The notes below the pieces were generated by a model. That model did no database searches and was not told the DNA's origin. It saw nothing but the letters and a program-made list of their open reading frames with translations. From positions 1,696,001 to 1,760,000 of the forward strand of contig OY969696.1 in assembly GCA_963702005.1 (NCBI GenBank): a stretch of DNA of 64,000 bases. Reading direction: 5' to 3'. Positions 48,432 through 56,814 of this stretch are shown piece by piece. The position numbers and the translations under genes are program-made. Every line of letters begins with the position of its first letter. Position 1 is the stretch's first letter. This DNA comes from Candidatus Aminicenantes bacterium (GTDB lineage: Bacteria; Acidobacteriota; Aminicenantia; Aminicenantales; JAFGBC01).

Positions 48432-49631
48432 CTGAGCACTCCAATTAAAAAAGCCAATTCTCAGCAGACAAAAATTCACAATAGACTTCTGATTCTGAAG
48501 ACTATTTATAACAACGATAAAATCAGCAGAGCCAATATCGCTCGAGCGACCGGCCTGACGCGCGCCACCGTTTCGGACGCAGTCAATCAACTGAAGAATG
48601 ACGGGATTATCGCCGAGGTGGGAGTAGGCCGGTCCAAAGGGGGGAAGCCTCCGATCCTTTTAAGCTTCGTCGATGACGCGCGCTGCCTGATCGGGATCGA
48701 CTTGGCGGAAAGCGAATTCCGCGGAGCGGTCATCAACCTCAGGGGAGAGATCAAGCATCGCCTCAGCGGGCAGATCCATCGCCAGGACGGCCAGGGCGTT
48801 CTGGCTTCGGTCTACGAGCTGATCGACAAGCTGATCCCGCTCGCCCCAAGCCCCATCCTGGGCATAGGCATCGGAACGCCGGGCCTGGTCGATTCTCAGC
48901 GGGGCATCGTGCGGAACGCCGTCAACCTCGATTGGGACGAGCTCCATTTGGGGGATTTGCTGGCCGAACGGTACAAGGTGCCCGTTCATATCGTCAACGA
49001 CAGCCAAGCCTCCGCCCTGGCCGAATTCACGTTCGGGGAGAACGGGAGCGGGCCCAACCTGATCGTCATCAAGATGAGCCGCGGCATCGGCGCGGGCATC
49101 GTCCTCAACCGCCAGCTTTACTGCGGGGACAGGTTCGGTGCCGGAGAACTCGGCCACGTGGTCATCGTCGAAGACGGCGAGCCTTGTCGCTGCGGTCACC
49201 GCGGCTGCCTGGAGACGGTGACCGGGAGCGAATCCATCGTCAGGTCCGCCAAAAAAATCGCCGGCAACGATCTCGGCTCCGTCCTCCATCGCTTCGTCCC
49301 TTCCCCCGAGGATATCAACATCGACATCGTCTCCCAGGCGTTGGCGGCCGGCGACGAAGCGCTCAAGTCCCTGATCAACGAGGCGGGGCGTTTCTTGGGC
49401 ATAGCCTTGGCCAGCCTGGTGGGCATCCTGAATGTCCATCGCATCGTGATCGCCGGCAGCGTGGCCTGTTTCGGCCGAGCCTTGCTCGAGCCGGCCACCC
49501 GGGAAATCCAACGGCGTTCGCTGTCGCCGCTCGCCGATGAGACGACCGTTGAAATCACGACCCTGGGACCCGATATCGTCGTCTTGGGGGCCGCGGCGCT
49601 GCTCCTGAATAACGAGCTTCAACTGCCATGA
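48432..49631 (+). CDS. ROK-family transcriptional repressor (XylR/NagC-like); start codon non-canonical and uncertain
   Basis: Frame is open upstream of the tracked GTG 48618 and encodes the HTH (ISRANIARATGLTRATVS); GELGH, CRCGHRGCLE zinc motif. Confidence 0.85.
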   Translation: MSTPIKKANSQQTKIHNRLLILKTIYNNDKISRANIARATGLTRATVSDAVNQLKNDGIIAEVGVGRSKGGKPPILLSFVDDARCLIGIDLAESEFRGAVINLRGEIKHRLSGQIHRQDGQGVLASVYELIDKLIPLAPSPILGIGIGTPGLVDSQRGIVRNAVNLDWDELHLGDLLAERYKVPVHIVNDSQASALAEFTFGENGSGPNLIVIKMSRGIGAGIVLNRQLYCGDRFGAGELGHVVIVEDGEPCRCGHRGCLETVTGSESIVRSAKKIAGNDLGSVLHRFVPSPEDINIDIVSQALAAGDEALKSLINEAGRFLGIALASLVGILNVHRIVIAGSVACFGRALLEPATREIQRRSLSPLADETTVEITTLGPDIVVLGAAALLLNNELQLP

Positions 49632-49834
49632 GCCATCATAAATTAGCGGATCGGATTTTTAAACGGACTTGGAGAGCGGTCGCGGGACTTAGAAAAAGCG
49701 GGCTAAGGCTCACTCGTCCCTAAGGAGGTGAGAATCTGAACGGAAGCGGACCAAGACAAAAAAGGCGAAGCGTTTCTTCCGGTCCGTCCGGAGGAAACAG
49801 GGTTTGGGGAAGAGGAAAGAATCAGGAGAATCGA

Positions 49835-52800
49835 ATGCACATGAGCCGAAAACACCTTTGGATGACATGCATCCTCGCCGTCCTGATGATCGTCGGAAAC
49901 GTCGCCCTGGCGCGCGGCCAGTCCATCCTCGAAGGGAAAATATCGGGCACGATCGTCGACGACAGGGGAGAGGCCCTCCCCGGCGTCGCCGTCGAGGCCA
50001 CCAGCCCGGCCCTCATCTCGGGGAAGCGGGCGGCCGTAACGTCGGGCAAGGGCACCTACGTCTTTTTAAATCTGCCCGTCGGAATCTATAAGCTCAGCGC
50101 GTCCTTAACGGGTTTCAAGACGATCATCCAGACGGACATCTCGATCTCGGCCGCGAGCAGCATCGTCGTTAACCTGACTCTCCCGATGGGCAACATCGAG
50201 GAGAGCATCACGGTGACCGCGGCCTCGCCGATCGTCGACGCCAAGACCTCGACGATCGACTCCAAGCTCGAGCGGCAGATGCTCGACAAACTGCCGACCA
50301 GCCGGGACGCCTTTTACGACCTGTCCTTGACGACGCCGGGCATGTTCGACCACGGCAGCAACGGCGGCTGGCTGCCCAGCCCGACGGCTTACGGCGGCGC
50401 CTCGAACGAGAACGTCTTTCTCGTCAACGGCGTCAACGCGACCAACCCGCGCGGGGCGTCCTTCGGAACGCTGGTCCGGGTCAACTACAACGCCGTCGAG
50501 GAAGTCCGGATCGTAGCCCTGGGCTCCAAGGCCGAATACGGGTCTTACTCGGGCGCGGCCATCGACGTCCTGACCAAGTCCGGGAGCAACGCCTTCCACG
50601 GCACGGCGGCCGTCTATTTCGAGCCCGTCAAGTGGCGGACGAGCAACCAACCGAAGAGCGAAACCAAGTACGGGACGGACTGGATCTACATCGCTCCCGA
50701 CGTCACCCTCTACGGCGGACCGCCCAAGAAGGACTACGAGCTGAACTTAACGGGCGGCGGACCGATCATCAAGGACCGCATCTGGTTCTACGGCGGGTTC
50801 GACTATCTCTACAACGCCGGAAAGCGCCCGCGTTGGGACGTCCTGGCCGAATCCTGGGGCCGCTACGGAGACATCAAGATCTCGGCCGAGCCCCTGACCA
50901 ATCACCGGGCCTGGGCTTCCTACCATTACGAGAGCAACGATTATACGGGCGGGAGCTGGGGCAGCCAGCCCGAGTGGGACACGACCGCGACCTACGGCGT
51001 CGCCAGTATCGACCATTCCGTGTCCGCCCAGTGGCAATGGCTCCCCAGCAGCACGACCATCCTGACGGCCAAGTATCTGGGGTTCTGGACGAACGACACC
51101 CCCCATGTCCCCAGCGACGCCCCGGACCATCCTTGTTACATCAACTGGTGGAAGTGGGCTCAGTACGGCATCAACGGCGCCTTCCCCTACATCGAGGGTT
51201 GGCACTCGAACCGCCAGACCATCCAGGCCGACCTGTCCCATTACGCCGAGGACTTCCTGGGCGAGCACGACATCAAGCTCGGCGCCCAGTTCACCCGGGG
51301 CCGCAGCAATTCCCTGGGCGGCTACTTCCAGAACTACGTCAACTTCCTGTATCCCTACCGCTGGACCCAGAACGTCGGCTACATGCAGAGCTGGTATGGG
51401 GACACCGGCCTCATCTTCTACAACCTCCACGACTCGATCAACCCCTTCATGACGGTCGGGACGGCCAACTCGCTGGGCTTCTTCTTCGACGACCAGTGGT
51501 CGCCGACGAAAAGGCTGACGGTCAACATCGGCCTCCGCTATGACCGGTTGACGGCGAAGTACGGGCAGGGGTATGAATATGATCCTCTGACCAAGCCGAC
51601 CGACATCGGCAACCCGACCGTATTCCGCACGCGGCAGGGATCGGGCTACATCTTCGACTTCAAGACGTTCTCGCCGCGGATCGGGCTGACCTACAGCCTG
51701 ACCAAGGACGGGAAGACGGTCGCCCGGGTCAGCTATGGCCGCTACTACCTGCCGCTGACGGTCGAGTACCTGAGACGGTACGGCCCCGACTGCCCGCTGG
51801 TGACCCGGCAGATGCAGTTCTTCAGCATCCCCTGGAACTACGCCGACGCCAACGGCGACGGCGAGATCGATACGGTAGAAACGAGGAACGCGGCCCGGCG
51901 CGTCTACGGCATGACCCCCTACAAGGTCACCGACTACGCGCCGCAAGACTTTTTCTCCTGGAAGCTCAACGTCGCCAAGGGCCTCAAAGATCAGTACACG
52001 GACCAGTTCACGATCAACTTCGAGCGGGAGGTCCTCAAGGACTTCTCGGTCAGCGCCTCCTGGATCTACAAGTATGCGGGCAATATCTTCGCCAACGTGC
52101 CGATCAACGCCCACACCGGCGAGCCCTGGGCCTACGACCGCATCCCGTTCACGACTTCGAGCGGCCAAGTCGTCAATCTCTACAGCATCAAGTGGCTGGA
52201 TTATAACGGGGACGGCGTCATCGACGGCGGGGACGTCCACTGGCTCGGCCAGGCCGGGAACTCGACCTTCCAGGTCCGGAACATGGACGAGTTCGACGGC
52301 CAGAAGGCCAAGCGGGTATACATGGGCTACCAGCTCGTCTTCAACAAGCGCTACTCCAACCGCTGGCAGCTGCTGGGCTCCGTCCTCTTTTCGCACTCGG
52401 AAGGCATGGCCAACCGGATCTTCGGCAACGACATGAACGCCGAGGGCCCGATGTTCACCGACAACACCTGGATGGGTTCGCTCAACTACACGATCAATAA
52501 CATGACCGGTCCCCTGCCCTTCGTGCCCAAGTTCGAATTCAAGCTGTCCGGTTCCTACACGATTCCCTACATCGAGCTCGACCTGGGCGCCCGCTTCCGG
52601 CTCCATACGGGCCGTCCCATTTGGACGCTCGAGGATATCCCGGTCCACTCGGAGTGGGGGAATCCGGAGGGCGGCGTCGTCAGTGGCGGCGTCGGCTCCA
52701 TCGTCACGAGCGACAAGCCCAAGTACCTCCCGACCCAGACCATCCTCGACCTGAGGGCCGAGAAGTCGATCAAGCTCTCCAGCTACGGCACCCTGTCCGT

Positions 52801-52930
52801 CATCCTCGACGCCTTCAACGTCTTCAACTCCAACACGCCCACCTCGATCGACAACCAGTACTCGTACGGCCGGGTCGGGTCGATCGTCGAACCCCGGACC
52901 TTCCGCTTCAGCTTCATGTACCAGTTCTAA
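49835..52930 (+). CDS. TonB-dependent receptor (Oar-like, N-terminal carboxypeptidase-regulatory domain), copy 1
   Basis: Signal peptide, SGTIVDD.GE.LPGV, plug (AEYG..SGAAIDV.TKSGSN.FHG), FSPRIG, C-terminal YQF. Confidence 0.9.
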   Translation: MHMSRKHLWMTCILAVLMIVGNVALARGQSILEGKISGTIVDDRGEALPGVAVEATSPALISGKRAAVTSGKGTYVFLNLPVGIYKLSASLTGFKTIIQTDISISAASSIVVNLTLPMGNIEESITVTAASPIVDAKTSTIDSKLERQMLDKLPTSRDAFYDLSLTTPGMFDHGSNGGWLPSPTAYGGASNENVFLVNGVNATNPRGASFGTLVRVNYNAVEEVRIVALGSKAEYGSYSGAAIDVLTKSGSNAFHGTAAVYFEPVKWRTSNQPKSETKYGTDWIYIAPDVTLYGGPPKKDYELNLTGGGPIIKDRIWFYGGFDYLYNAGKRPRWDVLAESWGRYGDIKISAEPLTNHRAWASYHYESNDYTGGSWGSQPEWDTTATYGVASIDHSVSAQWQWLPSSTTILTAKYLGFWTNDTPHVPSDAPDHPCYINWWKWAQYGINGAFPYIEGWHSNRQTIQADLSHYAEDFLGEHDIKLGAQFTRGRSNSLGGYFQNYVNFLYPYRWTQNVGYMQSWYGDTGLIFYNLHDSINPFMTVGTANSLGFFFDDQWSPTKRLTVNIGLRYDRLTAKYGQGYEYDPLTKPTDIGNPTVFRTRQGSGYIFDFKTFSPRIGLTYSLTKDGKTVARVSYGRYYLPLTVEYLRRYGPDCPLVTRQMQFFSIPWNYADANGDGEIDTVETRNAARRVYGMTPYKVTDYAPQDFFSWKLNVAKGLKDQYTDQFTINFEREVLKDFSVSASWIYKYAGNIFANVPINAHTGEPWAYDRIPFTTSSGQVVNLYSIKWLDYNGDGVIDGGDVHWLGQAGNSTFQVRNMDEFDGQKAKRVYMGYQLVFNKRYSNRWQLLGSVLFSHSEGMANRIFGNDMNAEGPMFTDNTWMGSLNYTINNMTGPLPFVPKFEFKLSGSYTIPYIELDLGARFRLHTGRPIWTLEDIPVHSEWGNPEGGVVSGGVGSIVTSDKPKYLPTQTILDLRAEKSIKLSSYGTLSVILDAFNVFNSNTPTSIDNQYSYGRVGSIVEPRTFRFSFMYQF

Positions 52931-52957
52931 AAGCCGTTCAACCTGACGCAGCGAGTC

Positions 52958-52989
52958 AGCCCGGAGGGCTTCGGCCCTCCGGGCTTTTT
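52958..52989 (+). terminator. Rho-independent terminator
   Basis: AGCCCGGAGGGC-TTCG-GCCCTCCGGGCT followed by T-run; two more hairpins follow (52990-53055). Confidence 0.8.
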
Positions 52990-53096
52990 CGGGCCGTGCG
53001 GAGATTGTCCGCACGGCCCGTCCCGTTCCTCTCCTGATGGGGGAGAGGAATGGGATATCGTAGTCGAAGTCCAGCCCGCATTGGTCCAATTTTTTC

Positions 53097-53153
53097 TTGA
53101 CATGAAGAGAATTTAATGATAACTAAAATTTGTAAGTTTAATAAACTTACAAA
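53097..53153 (+). promoter_or_regulatory. Second copy of promoter/operator
   Basis: TTGACA 27 nt before TAAAATTTGTAAGTTTAATAAACTTACAAA (53124-53153), identical to 48391-48420 with the same spacing. Confidence 0.8.
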
Positions 53154-53160
53154 GCTTGGG

Positions 53161-53325
53161 GAATATAGAACTTCTATCAAAAAAGCAAATTCTCTGCAAG
53201 CCAAAGTTCACAACAGACCTCTAATTCCAAAGACTGTCTATAAAAATGATTTAATCAGCAGGGCGAATATTACCCGAACAACCGGCTTAACTCGCGCTCC
53301 TTTTTCGGATTCCATCAATGAATGA
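53161..53325 (+). pseudogene. Decayed N-terminal HTH fragment of a duplicated ROK repressor
   Basis: IKKANSLQAKVHNRPLIPKTVYKNDLISRANITRTTGLTRAPFSDSINE* vs IKKANSQQTKIHNRLLILKTIYNNDKISRANIARATGLTRATVSDAVNQ. Confidence 0.8.
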
Positions 53326-53438
53326 AAGAAGGAGGTGAGAATCGAAGCGGTGACACAATGAACAAAAGGATCACGGTGTTTCTTCCGGCCAGACCGGAAG
53401 AAATTGGGTTTGGGGAAAAACAAATCAGGAGAAATGAA

Positions 53439-56400
53439 ATGCAAAAAACCCAAAAAAGGATCTGGCTGGGCGGCCTCCTCGCAGTCCTGATGGTTATCGG
53501 AAGCGTCGCCCCGGCGATCGGCCAATCCATCCTCGACGGGAAGATGACCGGAACCATCGTCGACGACCAGGGAGAGCCCCTTCCCGGCGTGAGCGTTGAA
53601 GTTTCGAGCCCGGCCCTCATCTCCGCGAAGCGCGCGACCCTGACGACGTCCAAGGGGACTTACGTCTTTCTCAACTTGCCCGTCGGGATCTACAAGATCA
53701 CCGCTTCGCTCACGAGTTTCAAGACGACCGTCGAGGAGGGTATTTCGATTTCGGCGGGAAGCTCGCTGGTGGTCAACTTGGCCCTGCCGATGGGGAGGAT
53801 CGACGAGACGGTAACCGTAACCGGCCTGGCGCCGGTGGTCGATGCTAAAACCTCATCCATCGACGCCAAGATCAACAGCGAGATGCTGGACAAGCTGCCC
53901 ACCAGCCGCGATTCATTCTATGACCTATCGCTCTCGACACCGGGCATGTTCGACGTGGGCAAGAACGTCATGGGGAGCCCCACCGCGTACGGGGGGTCCA
54001 CGCAGGAAAATATCTTTCTGGTGAACGGCGTGGACACCACCAACCCCCGCGGCGCCGCCTGGGGTTCCATGATCAATGTCAACTACAACACCGTCGAGGA
54101 GGTCCGCGTCATCTCTCTGGGCAGCAAGGCGGAATACGGCAATTTCTCGGGAGCGGCCATCGATGTCGTCACCCGGTCCGGCTCCGACGAACTGCGGGGC
54201 TCTCTGGGTCTCTACAGCCAGCTGGGCACCCCGAATCCCGCAGCGCCGAAGGCCGACCAGTTGGGCCGCCATTGGCTGTTTCTCCAGCCGGGAGACGATT
54301 ATAGGGCCTACCCCAAGTCGAACCTGGAATTGGCCCTGACCGTCGGCGGCCCCCTCATTTCCAAAAAACTGTGGTTCTACGCGGCCGGCAACATCTTGAA
54401 CAGCCAGGACAAACAACTCAATTGGGACCCCATCGTTAAGTCCATCGGACGGTATGCCGATGTCAAGATCACCGGCGCGCCCCTGAACAACCACTATGCC
54501 TGGGTGTCCTATCACTACGAGAACAACCGCAGTGAAGGCTTTACCGACGGATCCATAAATTGGGACCCCTCATTGGCCTATAAAAGCTATACACAGAGCC
54601 ATTCCGTCTCCTCCCAGTGGCAATGGTTCCCCGGTCCCGCCACCTTCCTTTCGCTGAAGTTCCTGGGGTTCTTGGTCGACGAGAGACCCGACCTGCCCGA
54701 TAACGCTCCCGACCACGGCGGATACATCAATTGGTGGAAAGCCGTGCCCTTCGACATGGGCGTCGGCGGCGCTTTCCCCGGCTTTAACGGCAGTCTGACC
54801 AGCCGCATGACCATCCAGGCCGACGTGTCGCACTATGCCGAGAACTTCCTGGGCGAGCACGACATCAAGTTCGGCGTCCAGTACACCCGCGGCCGCCTCA
54901 AGAGCACCACCGGAGATTTCTTCGGGAAACAGCTCACCGATCCGCGAACCGGGCAAGACCTCGGCTTTTTAGGATTTTACAATACCGCCTACATTTACCC
55001 CTGGACCTATAACATACAGGAAATCAAGGACAATTACGCTTACGGCAACACCGGTCTGATCATGTATGTCGACCGGAGCTATGAAAAACCCCATAGCACG
55101 CTCCGCACGGCCGACTCCCTCGGCTTCTTTTTCGACGATCAGTGGACCGTCGGCAAACGGCTGACCTTCAACCTCGGCCTGCGCCACGACTATATGACCG
55201 CCAAATTCGGCACGGGGCAGATGCTGGAGCAGCCGGCCACACCCCAAGGCTTCCGCAATGGACTCAATGTCCTCCGCGACCGCAAGGGTTCCGGCAACCT
55301 TTTCAACTTCAAGAACTGGTCGCCGCGCGTCGGCCTGACCTACCAATTGGCCAGCGACCCTAATACCGTCCTGCGCGCCAGTTTCGGGCGGTATTACACT
55401 CCGATGGGCGTTGAAAGCTTCGGGTCGGGCGGCCCTGATCTTGATCGAACCTATAGCGAAACGCTGTACTACCTCATCCCCTGGGACAACCTTGACCTGA
55501 ACGGTGACGGCGTCCTTTTCGGCGACGATGTCGCCGAAGCCACACGGAGGATATGGGGATTGGACCCCATCAACAGCGGCGACTTTGCGAACATATTCCG
55601 GAGCCGAGATCCTTCCTGGGGCCTGAAAATCCACCCCGGCCTGAAAAACCAGCATACCGACCAGTACACGTTCAGCCTGGAACGCGAGATCATCCGGAAC
55701 TTCTCCGTGGCCCTCACCTATATCCACCGCAACACCAGAGACATGATCGTGCAATGGCCCCTGAATCAAGTGACCCAGCAGCCCTGGGATTACGAGCGCA
55801 AGACTCAGACCATCAACGGCCGGGAGATCTCCCTCTACAGTATCGTCCTGAAGGATTACGACGGCAACGGCGTCATCGACGGTAAAGATATCCAGTGGAT
55901 CGGGGACCACTCGGACCATGAGTGGCGCAATATGCCCGACATGGACGGCAAAAAAGCGCAGCGCCTGTTCCAGGGCCTCCAGATGACGTTCACCAAGCGT
56001 TACTCCAACCGCTGGCAGTTGATGGGCTCCCTGCTCTATAACCACTCCTCCGGCATGGGGGCCCGCAATAAGCGCCAGGACCAGGACTACAACATGGAAG
56101 GCATGAACATCTGGAGCGACGCCTGGCTGGCCGGCCTCAACCAGACCGTCAACAACATGGAAGGTCCGCTGCCCTTTACCCCGCGCTTTGAATTCAAGGT
56201 CAGCGGCAACTACACCATCCCCAAGATCGAGGTCGACCTGGGCTTGCGCTTCCGCCTCCATACCGGCCGTCCCTGCTGGGTCCTCTCGGAAGTTCAACAG
56301 ATCAACCAGTGGAACTATGATCCGACCGATACCGAACTCATGGACCACGGCGTGATTCTCGAGGCCAGCGGGGGGATGCCCGGCCAGATCGTGTCCCAGG

Positions 56401-56648
56401 ACCCCAACAAGCCGCTTTACCTTTCGGCCCTGAAGATACTGGACCTGCGTCTTGAAAAAACCTTCAAGCTGGGGCGCGGCAACCTGCACGTCATGCTCGA
56501 CGGCTTCAACATCTTGGATTCCAAGGACGTGACCAACGCCATGGTCAAGAGAGTCGAAGTCGCGGGCATCATAGCCAGAGATGTCGGCCGCGTCGTGGGC
56601 TTGGTTACGCCCCGTTACTTCCGGCTGGGCCTCCTGTACGAATTCTAA
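53439..56648 (+). CDS. TonB-dependent receptor (Oar-like), copy 2
   Basis: Collinear paralog of 49835 (LPTSRD.FYDLSL.TPGMFD, INWWK, HYAE.FLGEHDIK, RFRLHTGRP); C-terminal YEF; start MQKTQKR after AGGAG. Confidence 0.9.
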   Translation: MQKTQKRIWLGGLLAVLMVIGSVAPAIGQSILDGKMTGTIVDDQGEPLPGVSVEVSSPALISAKRATLTTSKGTYVFLNLPVGIYKITASLTSFKTTVEEGISISAGSSLVVNLALPMGRIDETVTVTGLAPVVDAKTSSIDAKINSEMLDKLPTSRDSFYDLSLSTPGMFDVGKNVMGSPTAYGGSTQENIFLVNGVDTTNPRGAAWGSMINVNYNTVEEVRVISLGSKAEYGNFSGAAIDVVTRSGSDELRGSLGLYSQLGTPNPAAPKADQLGRHWLFLQPGDDYRAYPKSNLELALTVGGPLISKKLWFYAAGNILNSQDKQLNWDPIVKSIGRYADVKITGAPLNNHYAWVSYHYENNRSEGFTDGSINWDPSLAYKSYTQSHSVSSQWQWFPGPATFLSLKFLGFLVDERPDLPDNAPDHGGYINWWKAVPFDMGVGGAFPGFNGSLTSRMTIQADVSHYAENFLGEHDIKFGVQYTRGRLKSTTGDFFGKQLTDPRTGQDLGFLGFYNTAYIYPWTYNIQEIKDNYAYGNTGLIMYVDRSYEKPHSTLRTADSLGFFFDDQWTVGKRLTFNLGLRHDYMTAKFGTGQMLEQPATPQGFRNGLNVLRDRKGSGNLFNFKNWSPRVGLTYQLASDPNTVLRASFGRYYTPMGVESFGSGGPDLDRTYSETLYYLIPWDNLDLNGDGVLFGDDVAEATRRIWGLDPINSGDFANIFRSRDPSWGLKIHPGLKNQHTDQYTFSLEREIIRNFSVALTYIHRNTRDMIVQWPLNQVTQQPWDYERKTQTINGREISLYSIVLKDYDGNGVIDGKDIQWIGDHSDHEWRNMPDMDGKKAQRLFQGLQMTFTKRYSNRWQLMGSLLYNHSSGMGARNKRQDQDYNMEGMNIWSDAWLAGLNQTVNNMEGPLPFTPRFEFKVSGNYTIPKIEVDLGLRFRLHTGRPCWVLSEVQQINQWNYDPTDTELMDHGVILEASGGMPGQIVSQDPNKPLYLSALKILDLRLEKTFKLGRGNLHVMLDGFNILDSKDVTNAMVKRVEVAGIIARDVGRVVGLVTPRYFRLGLLYEF

Positions 56649-56663
56649 GTAAAGATACGCGGA

Positions 56664-56766
56664 GATAGGGAGAGTGCTCGGCACTCTCCCTATCGGCCGT
56701 TCCGTCCGGAAGCCGGAGGAGATCCCTGCCCGTCCCGTTCCTCTCCCGATCGGGGAGAGGAACGGG
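56664..56766 (+). repeat. Hairpins after receptor 2; the last is homologous to the hairpin at 53021-53055
   Basis: GATAGGGAGAGTGC-TCG-GCACTCTCCCTATC; CCCGTTCCTCTCC...GGAGAGGAA(C/T)GGG in both copies. Confidence 0.6.
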
Positions 56767-56814
56767 GGCATTGTCGGAGGGCGGAGAATCGGATAAAGTA
56801 GATCCCTGGAGTTT

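Noticed and set aside
53116-53325. Functional 69-aa DNA-binding protein
   Set aside because: Its ATG lies within the promoter upstream of the operator and helix-breaking prolines disrupt the HTH; treated as a remnant
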